Positions 7,656 through 15,642 of a stretch of 27,521 nt of DNA are shown here, in pieces. Origin of the DNA: Candidatus Micrarchaeota archaeon (GTDB taxonomy: Archaea > B1Sed10-29 > JAJSAI01). The stretch lies in contig CAZVAJ010000011.1 in NCBI GenBank assembly GCA_964625085.1, positions 1 to 27,521 on the forward strand, given 5' to 3'. The notes below the pieces were generated by a model. That model saw nothing but the letters and a program-made list of their open reading frames with translations, had not been told where the DNA came from and did no database searches. Position 1 is the first letter of the stretch. Every line of letters begins with the position of its first letter. Position numbers and translations under genes: made by a program.

Positions 7656-8548
7656 TCAAACCCGTAAATTTTTTCAAACGCTTTCAAGTACTCTTTTTCT
7701 TTGTATTCACGGTATGTTTTAAGAGCTTCTAAACGCGTTCTTTCTTCAAGTACTTTTCCAGACAGTCTTTTATTTAACTGCAGTCTTGCTTTTACTCTTT
7801 CTTTTATTTTTTTGTATGATGGGTCCTGTTTTTCAAGTTCTGCGTCCAGTTTTCTCCTTTTCATCAGGATCTCTTTTTTAGGATATTTTAGCAGGCCTTC
7901 TTTTGCCAGTTGTTTTACTACTTTGTCGTACTTTTCTAACGCTTTTTCATCATACTCTCCTTTTTTTATCGGCACTCTTGCTTTAGTCAGGTCTATTATG
8001 TCCTGGAATATCTTTTCGTTTTCAGCAAGCTTTTCAGCTATAATATCCATTTCTTCTGGCAGGTACCTCCCTTGTACTTTAAACCTGAATATTCTGGCCA
8101 GTTGGGTTCCAGGATCGTAGATCACGTTTCCTTTGTATGCTTTTACTCCCTTCACGTCCACCCCCTTTTTCTTGAGTTCTTGTATGACTCCTGTATGTCC
8201 TGCTCCTACCACGAGGTACACTGGTTCTCCTGATTTTTTTGCTTCTCTGGCTGCTGTTGCAGCCAGGTTTTTTTCCCGTTTTTCTATCATCTCTTTAGCG
8301 TATTCTTCCACGTCCATTTCACTCTTCAGTTTTGGGGGCACGTCACCTGGAATTATTTCAACACCTTTCTTCTTCAGCTCCTCTGCTATCCTAGAAAAGT
8401 GAACGTTCTGTTCAGGTTTTTCCAAGGCTTCTTTTGTTGTTTCCAGCACTACCTTTCTTGCTCCTTTCAGCATTTCTACTACTTTTTTCCTCTGCCCTGG
8501 CGTGTGTTTTTCAAACACCACAATGACCTTTGGTTTTCTCTTTTTCAT
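7652..8548 (-). CDS. Hypothetical protein with TraB/Tiki/ChaN-like N-terminal domain and K/E-rich tail
   Basis: VIVVFEKH...VVLE...RE.NLA...YLVVGAGH follows the order of TraB/Tiki metal-binding motifs. Confidence 0.55.
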   Translation of the reverse strand: MKKRKPKVIVVFEKHTPGQRKKVVEMLKGARKVVLETTKEALEKPEQNVHFSRIAEELKKKGVEIIPGDVPPKLKSEMDVEEYAKEMIEKREKNLAATAAREAKKSGEPVYLVVGAGHTGVIQELKKKGVDVKGVKAYKGNVIYDPGTQLARIFRFKVQGRYLPEEMDIIAEKLAENEKIFQDIIDLTKARVPIKKGEYDEKALEKYDKVVKQLAKEGLLKYPKKEILMKRRKLDAELEKQDPSYKKIKERVKARLQLNKRLSGKVLEERTRLEALKTYREYKEKEYLKAFEKIYGFD

Positions 8549-8820
8549 TTTCGTCTCCTAAACTTGTTTTATTTTTCCTGTTTATATACCTGTTATCGCA
8601 CGCTTTGCAGGTTGAGAAAGCAAAAACAATAAAGAGGATATCCAAGTCATAACTGTTCTTTTTATATTCTTGTTTGGCCCTGTTTAGTATTGGTATACTG
8701 GTATGAAGGTTAGGAGTTTGAGGTTCAGGGTCAGGAAAGTTCAAAACATGATGAAGATAGTTTTTGATATGTCAGAGCGCTTAAAAAAATTCAGGGGAAA
8801 GAGAGTAGCAGGTAATTAAA

Positions 8821-9101
8821 ATGATAAACAAGCAAACCCGGTTTTCAAGACATGCCGAGCTCATGGTTCTTCAAAGGAAATTGGACAAAGAACGTGTAAT
8901 CCAAATTTTGAAAGAAAAAGAACTGGTGTACGCAGAAGAACAGGGGCAGAGCAAGGTGATACTGTTATACCATTATGACAAAAAACACGATTTAAAAATC
9001 GTGCTTTCTGACAAGGGTACTTTATTAATGTTGTTACCCTTCCTATACAAGACAAGAAAAGACGTAGGAGGTTAGAGGGTTGGCTAAAGAAGCGTTGGTA
9101 G
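8821..9101 (+). pseudogene. DUF4258/RelE-fold toxin-like gene, probable 1-nt frameshift near 9022
   Basis: FSRHA...R start typical of DUF4258. The expected terminal strand INVVT plus basic tail lies in the -1 frame (9024-9101). As given, the ORF reads 8821-9075. Confidence 0.55.
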
Positions 9102-9427
9102 GCTATGATTCTGAGGAAGACATTTTGTATGTGTATTCGGTGAACCGCAGGGCTTCGGATAGTCTTGATTTGGAAGATTATATTATTGACTTTGACAAGA
9201 GAGGAGACATTGTTGGAATAGAAATAATGGGCGCTTCCAAGGTTCTTTCAAAGCTTTTTGGAAGTAAGATAACCCCTGAAGAGCTTGAAATTGCTGGCAA
9301 GCAAACTTCTTTGAGGGTTTTCAAGACAAGCAAGTTCGTTTACGTCTCTTTCACTCTCAAGTTCAAAAGAAGAGAAATTGTGGTCCAGTCGCCTGTTCTG
9401 CCTAGGGCAGTTGCTGCTCCAGCGTGA
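9080..9427 (+). CDS. DUF2283 antitoxin-like protein
   Basis: YDSEEDILYVY...IIDFDKRGDIVGIEIMGAS signature. TTG start with GGAGG SD. Confidence 0.85.
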   Translation: MAKEALVGYDSEEDILYVYSVNRRASDSLDLEDYIIDFDKRGDIVGIEIMGASKVLSKLFGSKITPEELEIAGKQTSLRVFKTSKFVYVSFTLKFKRREIVVQSPVLPRAVAAPA

Positions 9428-9430
9428 CTG

Positions 9431-10264
9431 TCATAACTCGTCCAAAGGGTTCCTGATTTTCTTGAGGTCCTGGGTGCTCACGTGAGTGTATATCTGCGTG
9501 GTGTTCAGGTTCGAGTGGCCCAAAAGCTCTTGGATTATTCTGATGTCCTGGCCCTGCTGGAGCAAGTGTGTTGCGAACGAGTGACGCAGCGTGTGAGGGT
9601 GCACGTTCTTGACAATCCCTGCTTTCCTGGCTGCTCTTGCAACAATTTTTTGAACGTTCCTTTTGCTCATCCTATTCCCTGATTTTCCTGGGAACAAGTA
9701 TTCGTCCGGATCCCTGTCTTTCGCAAAATCTTTTAGTTTTTCCAAGAGTTTTTTGGAAAGGATGATTCTTCTGTCTTTGGCTCCTTTGCCTCCTCTGACC
9801 CAGCCCATTCCTTCTTGCCAGTCAATGTCTTTGATTTTCATGTTCACGAGCTCGCTGAGCCTCACTCCAGTGGAGTACAGGAACTCTATTATCAGCTCGT
9901 GCAAAAGATTATCACATGCATGCAATAATTTTTTAACCTCTTCTTGGGTGAGCACTTCAGGGATCTTTTTCTCTGTCTTTATGCTCTTGACCTCAACCTG
10001 TTTCCCGAGCACGTTCTTGTAGTAGAACACGAGCGCTGCCCTGGCAAGGTTGGCTGTGCTTTTCTTTCTGCCAGAGTCAAGCAGTTGTAGCAAAAATTTT
10101 TTAAGGTCTTGTTCGTCCAGTTCCCCAGGGGGTTTTCTCGTGCTGGCCAGGAACTCTTTGACCATGATCGAGTACGTTTCGATCGTGTTCTGGCTGAATC
10201 CGCTGAGTTTTAGCTCTGCTCTTAGTTTTTCCAGCTCTTTTTCCACGCTAGGGCCTGGGTTCAT
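9431..10264 (-). CDS. xerA: Site-specific tyrosine recombinase XerA
   Basis: N-terminal SAM-like domain (SQNTIETY). Catalytic R (TGVRLSE), K (GGKGAKDR), HxxR (HTLRH), LGH and Y (TTQIYTH). C-terminal NPLD. No IntI insertion. Confidence 0.88.
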   Translation of the reverse strand: MNPGPSVEKELEKLRAELKLSGFSQNTIETYSIMVKEFLASTRKPPGELDEQDLKKFLLQLLDSGRKKSTANLARAALVFYYKNVLGKQVEVKSIKTEKKIPEVLTQEEVKKLLHACDNLLHELIIEFLYSTGVRLSELVNMKIKDIDWQEGMGWVRGGKGAKDRRIILSKKLLEKLKDFAKDRDPDEYLFPGKSGNRMSKRNVQKIVARAARKAGIVKNVHPHTLRHSFATHLLQQGQDIRIIQELLGHSNLNTTQIYTHVSTQDLKKIRNPLDEL

Positions 10265-10295
10265 TGTCTGAAAAAAGGGGTTTTGAGTATATAAG

Positions 10296-10306
10296 AGTTC
10301 GCTTAA
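10296..10306 (+). promoter_or_regulatory. dif half-site in the xerA/antitoxin divergent promoter
   Basis: AGTTCGCTTAA is 11/11 identical to the left arm at 10795-10805. It lies just upstream of the xerA TATA box (TTATATAC on minus, 10287-10294). Confidence 0.6.
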
Positions 10307-10347
10307 CATACAAAACTTAAATAAACTTTGCACGACCAATATTACTT

Positions 10348-10527
10348 ATGGAGTCAGTTACCCTGGAAAAAGTTTACTCTGAGCTGATCAGCCTTAAGCA
10401 AGAAGTGGAAGAAATCAAGACAATGCTGCTTCCAGAAGAAGAGCTTTCTACAGAGGAAAAAAAGCTGGTTAGAGAATCCTTGGAAGAAGAGTCAAAAGAA
10501 GAGCTCAAAAAGTTTTCAGAGTTGTAA
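10348..10527 (+). CDS. Small acidic antitoxin (59 aa; not in ORF track)
   Basis: MESVTLEKVYSELISLKQEVEEIKTMLLPEEELSTEEKKLVRESLEEE..., located 3 nt upstream of a relE-like gene. Confidence 0.75.
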   Translation: MESVTLEKVYSELISLKQEVEEIKTMLLPEEELSTEEKKLVRESLEEESKEELKKFSEL

Positions 10528-10530
10528 AGC

Positions 10531-10793
10531 ATGCCTGAAGTTCTTTTTACTCCTTCTTTCGAAAAAGATTTCAAATCTTTAGACTCAGAAACGCAGGCAA
10601 AAATAAAAGATTTGTGTAAAAATTTTTCAGAAATGTTTTCCCTTCCAAACACGTCCGGAAGCTTAAGGGCTACAAAAACCTTTTTAGGATAAGGATGGGT
10701 GGCTACAGGCTGGTGTATCACGCGCTTTTCAAGGAAAACAAGGTTGTTTTGCTGCGTATTCTTCCTAGGAAAGAGGTTTACAAGAGAGTCTAA
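10531..10793 (+). pseudogene. relE: RelE/ParE-family toxin split by a -1 frameshift near 10620-10633
   Basis: Frame 0 gives MPEVLFTPSFEKDFKSLDSETQAKIKDLC. The -1 frame gives NVFPSKHVRKLKGYKNLFRIRMGGYRLVY...ILPRKEVYKRV*. Confidence 0.8.
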
Positions 10794-10794
10794 C

Positions 10795-10822
10795 AGTTCG
10801 CTTAATGACCCTTAAGCGTACC
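10795..10822. other. dif-like Xer recombination site (11-6-11)
   Basis: AGTTCGCTTAA-TGACCC-TTAAGCGTACC. The arms are 9/11 inverted repeats with inner TAA/TTA and resemble the E. coli XerC arm GGTGCGCATAA. Located 530 bp from xerA. Confidence 0.78.
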
Positions 10823-10953
10823 AGATTATAATGTCTTATTCCTTAAACCTTTTTTGCAAATTATTTGAAAAATTGTTGCAGGATTTTTTCGTGTTAGCAC
10901 TTAGGTGAGCTTCTGAAAAAGAGATAAAAACACTGAACTTCATTATACTACTG

Positions 10954-12480
10954 ATGAGAGAATTGTCAAGGCAATCCTCTGAACTTTCGGAAACTCTTTT
11001 GGATAGGTGGGAAGAATTCATCGGTGAAATAAGGGAAACTTGTAACACAACACTTACTCCTAAAAGGTTTAACGAGGGTCTTGGAATAAGAAATAAGATA
11101 CTGGAGAATATTGAGTCTTTCAGCAAGGATCAAAAGAAAAGACTTGCTCTTCTGGACAAAGAGTTCAAAAAATTATGCTCAGAAGTATCTCCTTTTAGAG
11201 AGGATTTCTTGAAAGAAGAGGGGTTGACCGCATCCGATCTATTAAAGGATCCTCCAGCAGTAGAAGACTGGTGGTCTTTTCTGGTCCCCCCGAGGTTAGC
11301 AGAATATGAACGGTTATATCGAGAGTTTCAGGAGATCCGGCAACGATATTTTTTTCTTCGTCAGTTGGACACTCCATTTCCGTTTAGGAGTGTTGAATCT
11401 TTCCTGACATTTCATAAGGAAGAATCAAAGAGATTGGAAAAAAGATTTAGAATGTTTTTGGACAAACTTTCTGAGCATACTTCAGAATTGAGCTTGTTTT
11501 CTGGAGAAGAGTTAAAGAAGATCTTATTCTTGAAAAAAATACTCCTTGACAACGATCCGAAGTATCCTTTGGATGAGTTAAAACAATTACTGGAGAAGGA
11601 TCCCGAATACCTTTTGGAAGAGTGGAAGAATTTTATTAATAATGTAAAAGAGGCAGGAGAACATCTTACTTTAGAAGAGTTTGATAACAAGCTTTCTGTA
11701 CGGAATAAAATAAGAGAAAAGGAAAGCGCTTTTAGCGAGAACCAGAAGAAAAAATTGGCCGAACTGGACAAGGAGTTCAAAAAATTATGCTCTTGGATTA
11801 GACCTTCGCGCAAGGGTTTTTTGAAAAGGAAGGGAGTGATCTTGTCTGACCTTTTGAGCGATCAGCCAATAGTAAAGGACTGGTGGAACTATCTGCTTCC
11901 TAGGAAACTGGCTGAACGAGAGCAACAGCAGATTGAATTTGATAATGTCAAAAAGAAGTTAAGGGCTGAATTTGTTGAGATCCGACGATTGTATGCTCTT
12001 GAGAAAGAAGAGTCAGAAGACTTAAAGGAGAGGTTCAGGCTCTTTCTGAGAGAATACCGTCTTTTTGTCATCAGAAACCTCTGTTACTTACGTGAGAGGC
12101 CAGATGATGAGATACTAGGCCCAGAAGAGTTAAAAGAAGTCCATGTTATGATAGACGATTTGCTGGAGGATGATCCTGATTATCTCTTGGACTGTTGGGA
12201 GCTGTTTATTGAGGAAGTGAGAAAGGCTGACGAAACCATGTTAACAGGGGAGGAATTTGATGACAGTATTAGTATACGTACGGACATAATGGAGAAGCTT
12301 GATTCCTTAAACGAAGAACAAAAGAAAAGACTTGCTCTTCTGGACAAAGAATTCAAAAAATTATGCACTGACAGACCCCTTTTCAGTAAGAAGGACCTGT
12401 CAGAGTTTGAGAAGAAATATCCTAAGACCAGGTACTGGTGGATGTACCTGGAACCGAAAAAACTTCCAAAAAGCTGGTAG
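10954..12480 (+). CDS. Hypothetical protein with three internal ~100-aa repeats
   Basis: LL..W..FI..V...LT.EEF...L.IR.KI...QKKRLA.LDKEFKKLC...WW.YL.P.KL occurs three times. Confidence 0.8.
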   Translation: MRELSRQSSELSETLLDRWEEFIGEIRETCNTTLTPKRFNEGLGIRNKILENIESFSKDQKKRLALLDKEFKKLCSEVSPFREDFLKEEGLTASDLLKDPPAVEDWWSFLVPPRLAEYERLYREFQEIRQRYFFLRQLDTPFPFRSVESFLTFHKEESKRLEKRFRMFLDKLSEHTSELSLFSGEELKKILFLKKILLDNDPKYPLDELKQLLEKDPEYLLEEWKNFINNVKEAGEHLTLEEFDNKLSVRNKIREKESAFSENQKKKLAELDKEFKKLCSWIRPSRKGFLKRKGVILSDLLSDQPIVKDWWNYLLPRKLAEREQQQIEFDNVKKKLRAEFVEIRRLYALEKEESEDLKERFRLFLREYRLFVIRNLCYLRERPDDEILGPEELKEVHVMIDDLLEDDPDYLLDCWELFIEEVRKADETMLTGEEFDDSISIRTDIMEKLDSLNEEQKKRLALLDKEFKKLCTDRPLFSKKDLSEFEKKYPKTRYWWMYLEPKKLPKSW

Positions 12481-12609
12481 TCTCACATCATTTATTACCC
12501 TGGTTATAAGAATTTTTTACCCATTTTTTTCCTTATTTTCTCAAGCCCAGTTATACTCTTAAAATTATTGCAAGGCAAAACTGGACCTGGAAAAACTTTT
12601 TTGGTTTTT

Positions 12610-12870
12610 CTAAGACTTTTTTAGTTTCTTGTAGATATTTTTCCTGTGCCCGATCCTTTCAATATATACTGTTTTGTCTGAAAGAAGAAGGACGAGAGTT
12701 CTGTAATCGCCTATTCTGAGTTTGTAATCGTCATAACCTGTTAGTTTTGAAAATTTTTTATAAGGGTCTTTTGCACATTCCTTGAGTTTTTGTAGTATTC
12801 TTTGGGCTGTTGGTCTATCAAGCTTTGATAGGTCCCGGACTGCCTCTCTTGAGAATTTGATCTTCCACAA
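12610..12870 (-). CDS. relE: RelE/ParE-family toxin
   Basis: WKIKFSREAVRDLSKLD...KLTGYDDYKLRIGDYR...IGHRKNIYK. Confidence 0.92.
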   Translation of the reverse strand: MWKIKFSREAVRDLSKLDRPTAQRILQKLKECAKDPYKKFSKLTGYDDYKLRIGDYRTLVLLLSDKTVYIERIGHRKNIYKKLKKS

Positions 12871-12873
12871 TTT

Positions 12874-13116
12874 TCATAACCCCAGCATTTTCTCGACCTC
12901 GCGCAGGCTTGTTGTTTTTCCTGTCATGAGGTCGATTCTCGCGTTCAACAGTGAGACCCTGAATTCATGAGTGTATTCTCCTTCTTCGTCCCCTGTTGGG
13001 ATCAGGGAAGCGAGTTTTCTTATCACTGAATCGTATGTTTCTCTGGGGTCTTGTTTTAGTCTTGCGAGCATTTCCCTTGTCTCTGGCTTTATCTGAATGC
13101 TGGTATACGCCCCCAT
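12874..13116 (-). CDS. Ribbon-helix-helix antitoxin
   Basis: TSIQIKPETREMLARLK...ETYDSVIRKL RHH with an acidic tail ending GKTTSLREVEKMLGL. Directly upstream of relE. Confidence 0.85.
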   Translation of the reverse strand: MGAYTSIQIKPETREMLARLKQDPRETYDSVIRKLASLIPTGDEEGEYTHEFRVSLLNARIDLMTGKTTSLREVEKMLGL

Positions 13117-13124
13117 TATACATC

Positions 13125-13156
13125 ACTGTATAACAACTGTATACTGTTCTATAAAT
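13125..13156 (-). promoter_or_regulatory. TA promoter with candidate operator repeats
   Basis: ACTGTATA direct repeats at 13125-13132 and 13136-13143 (11-bp spacing) between a TTTATA box (minus strand, about 13150-13155) and the ATG. Confidence 0.5.
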
Positions 13157-13197
13157 ACTTTTGGGTTATCCTTTCAATCTTTGAAGATGTTTTTCGT

Positions 13198-13407
13198 TTA
13201 GCCTGAACTTCTGCTTCTTTTGGTGATTTCCGCTAGCACCTCTTCTTTCAGTCCCAACATTGTTTCTATTTGCTCTAGAGAATATTTTTTCCCTTCTTCT
13301 AGTTCTTTCAGGGCTTGTTTCACTTCTTTTTCTGTTTCCTCGGATAACAGCACGCGGTCTTCAGGGGAATCGGGCAAGGCCTTCCTGCTGCGCGTTCTAG
13401 TAACCAT
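13198..13407 (-). CDS. Orphan antitoxin-like protein or fragment
   Basis: LSEETEKEVKQALKELEEGKKYSLEQIETMLGL resembles the C-terminus of the neighbouring antitoxin. The RHH N-terminus is missing. Confidence 0.55.
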   Translation of the reverse strand: MVTRTRSRKALPDSPEDRVLLSEETEKEVKQALKELEEGKKYSLEQIETMLGLKEEVLAEITKRSRSSG

Positions 13408-13464
13408 AACATTATCACAGTGTGTTGTGGTATTTGTTGTTTTTGGTCTTCTTTCCTGTGACGC

Positions 13465-13599
13465 TTACAAGAACCTTGCCTCCAGGTAAGAGTATTCTTC
13501 TCCTTTGTGTATTATTGGGCAGAAGGGGTCTGGCGCGCTGTAGTCTCCGTAGAACTCGTAGGCCCTTTCCCTGCACCCTCCCCTGCACGCGTTGAAAAA
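13465..13599 (-). pseudogene. 3' remnant of a radical SAM/SPASM-domain gene
   Basis: FFNACRGGCRERAYEFYGDYSAPDPFCP...* is a SPASM C-terminal motif. No start codon; TAG immediately upstream. Confidence 0.75.
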
Positions 13600-13643
13600 C
13601 TAATCCAGCGTCTTTTTATGTTCTCGGGCTCTAGAAACGAAGC

Positions 13644-14162
13644 GTGAACGTGCTGGTCACAGGCATTGCGGGAACAGGGAAGACTGCATTGTGTAAAGAA
13701 TTCCGAAGAAGAGGTTACAAGGCTTTCAGCATAGAGGACATTCCTGGTTTGTTTCAGATGATTGATAAGAGGACTGGAAAGCCTTTCCATGACTATGATA
13801 ATTATGACATGGAAAAGGTAAAGAACGCTGACTGGGTGTGCGACAAGCAAAAGCTTGAAAAGCTGATAAAAGAAAACGAGAGCAGGGAAAGCCCTGTGTT
13901 TTACTGTGGGACAGCGTCAAATATTCTGGACCTGCTGTCCTTGTTCGGCAAATTTTTTTTGCTGGTCGCTAGCAAGGAAACTCTTAGGAAAAGGCTGAGC
14001 ACCAGAACATCCAACAATTTCGGGAGAACAAAAGAGGTTCAGGACTGGGTGTTTTCCTGGAAGGACTGGTGGGAGAACATGATAAAAGAAAAAGGAGCGA
14101 TGGTAGTCAATGCAGACAGGCCATTACAAAAGATAGCAGAAGAGATTCTGAGCAGATTATGA
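13644..14162 (+). CDS. P-loop kinase (nucleoside monophosphate/shikimate kinase-like)
   Basis: VLVTGIAGTGKT Walker A and LRKRLSTRTSNNFG lid motif. GTG start. Confidence 0.82.
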   Translation: MNVLVTGIAGTGKTALCKEFRRRGYKAFSIEDIPGLFQMIDKRTGKPFHDYDNYDMEKVKNADWVCDKQKLEKLIKENESRESPVFYCGTASNILDLLSLFGKFFLLVASKETLRKRLSTRTSNNFGRTKEVQDWVFSWKDWWENMIKEKGAMVVNADRPLQKIAEEILSRL

Positions 14163-14822
14163 TCTTTGCCGTTTTCTTGAACTTTGTTTTGCAATCCAGT
14201 CTACTCCTTCTTTTAGGTCCTTTGCTATTTTGTCTGCTCCCCATGAGCTGATTACTGACAAATCTCTCTCTTTGTATGGGACTATAACTGTTTTACTGAC
14301 TCCTGCTGCTTTGCCTGCTAGGATATCATTTTTACTGTCTCCGATCATCGCACATTCCCCTGGTTTTAACCCCATTTTTTGGCATGCCTTTAGCAGAGGA
14401 TCAGGAAATGGCTTTATTCTTTTTGTTTCCCCTCTGCATACAAGCGCGTCCAGGAAGTCTATTCCTATTGTTTCAAGCGATTTACGGACGATCAGTTCCC
14501 TTGAGTTTGAGACCACGGCGATCTTCTTTTTTTCAGAAGCTTTTTTCAGGACATCTGGCGAGCTGTTGATCACAACCAGATGTTTTGGAATTATCTCTTT
14601 TCCTATTTCAAAAAGCTCTTTTTGGGCGTCTTCAATTTCTTCCTGTCTGAAGCCGAGTATTGACAGGATTTCTTCGTTTGGCCTTGGGAACAGGTCATAA
14701 AATCTTTCCTTTTCCACAGGCTCTTTGCCGTGCCTTTGCAGAAGCTTGTTCATTGATAAGAGGTATGCTGGCTTGGTGTCAACAAGTGTTCCCTCAAGAT
14801 CAAAAAGGATTCCTTTTACCAT
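14157..14822 (-). CDS. HAD-superfamily hydrolase (phosphoglycolate phosphatase-like)
   Basis: FDLEGTLVD motif I, VSN motif II, KPFPDP motif III and IGDSKND motif IV. Confidence 0.88.
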   Translation of the reverse strand: MVKGILFDLEGTLVDTKPAYLLSMNKLLQRHGKEPVEKERFYDLFPRPNEEILSILGFRQEEIEDAQKELFEIGKEIIPKHLVVINSSPDVLKKASEKKKIAVVSNSRELIVRKSLETIGIDFLDALVCRGETKRIKPFPDPLLKACQKMGLKPGECAMIGDSKNDILAGKAAGVSKTVIVPYKERDLSVISSWGADKIAKDLKEGVDWIAKQSSRKRQRS

Positions 14823-14862
14823 TGTTTGATAGTAGGTTCTTCAGGAATAAATCAGTTTACTT

Positions 14863-15642
14863 TCATCCTATTTTCTTTGGCTTGTACTTTTTCATCCATT
14901 CTAGGCTCTCACCCCAGGAGTCGAAAACCTTCCCGTACCCTTCTTTCCTGCAGGCTTTTTCCAGCCGCTTCAAGAGCTTTTGCTGTACGCGGAGGTCTCC
15001 GTCCAAGATTTTCAGGAGATCTTTGACCAATTGCTTTGGCCTTGCCTTGAATTTTTTCAGCGGCCAGTTTTCAAGCTCCCATTCAAGGTACTTGTAGTAG
15101 GGAGTTATCCTGCCCTCCATCCCAAAGATCACGTTAAGGAATAACGGGATTCCTTTGGCTGCTTCAAGCCTCGCGCACTCAGGCATCCCGTCCCTGTCGC
15201 ATTTCAGGGACCTGTACACCTGGTTGATGTACCCATCAAGGTATCCTTCCACGTATTTTCTTATCTTGTTCTTTGGTATTCTGGCCTTTTCTCTCAGAAG
15301 CCTTTCAAGCTCTCCTCTTGTTTTGTCAATGACCTGCTTCACGTGCGCGTACGTGTACGCGTAGCCTTCAGAGTCTGTCCCGAGCAGGGCATGCTTCCTG
15401 AACTCTGGCAGGGAGAAGACCGCGAAATCGAACCCCTGCACTTTCAGTCTGTTGAACCTTGCCAGGATCCTTTTCTTGTCTTTTTCTGTTGTTATTACGT
15501 AAACGTCATAATCAGAAAACTGTGTCGCTTGGTTCTTTCCCCTGCTTCCTCCCAGGAACAACCCGACCACTCCTGGCTCGGACTCGCAGTACCTTTTAAT
15601 GTCCTCCCATAGGGCCCCGGCTTTTTTCCAGTTCTCTCTCAA
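14863..15642 (-). CDS. Nucleotidyltransferase-domain protein (Pol-beta superfamily)
   Basis: LGGSRGK...SDYDVYV signature plus a helical C-domain. The TTG start overlaps the upstream pseudogene. Confidence 0.82.
   Translation of the reverse strand: MRENWKKAGALWEDIKRYCESEPGVVGLFLGGSRGKNQATQFSDYDVYVITTEKDKKRILARFNRLKVQGFDFAVFSLPEFRKHALLGTDSEGYAYTYAHVKQVIDKTRGELERLLREKARIPKNKIRKYVEGYLDGYINQVYRSLKCDRDGMPECARLEAAKGIPLFLNVIFGMEGRITPYYKYLEWELENWPLKKFKARPKQLVKDLLKILDGDLRVQQKLLKRLEKACRKEGYGKVFDSWGESLEWMKKYKPKKIG

Noticed and set aside
8748..8780. Second C/D-box sRNA (ATGATGA)
   Set aside because: No properly spaced CTGA boxes, terminal stem or recognisable guide.
8774..8784. Third dif half-site AGAGCGCTTAA upstream of the DUF4258/DUF2283 pair
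   Set aside because: Only 9/11 identical with no partner arm, and equally explained as the TTAAAAA TATA box of the TA operon.
10831..10953. N-terminal extension of the 508-aa protein through an in-frame TGA at 10906 (readthrough/recoding)
   Set aside because: Similarity to the inter-repeat linkers is too weak, and TGA is a normal stop in other genes here.
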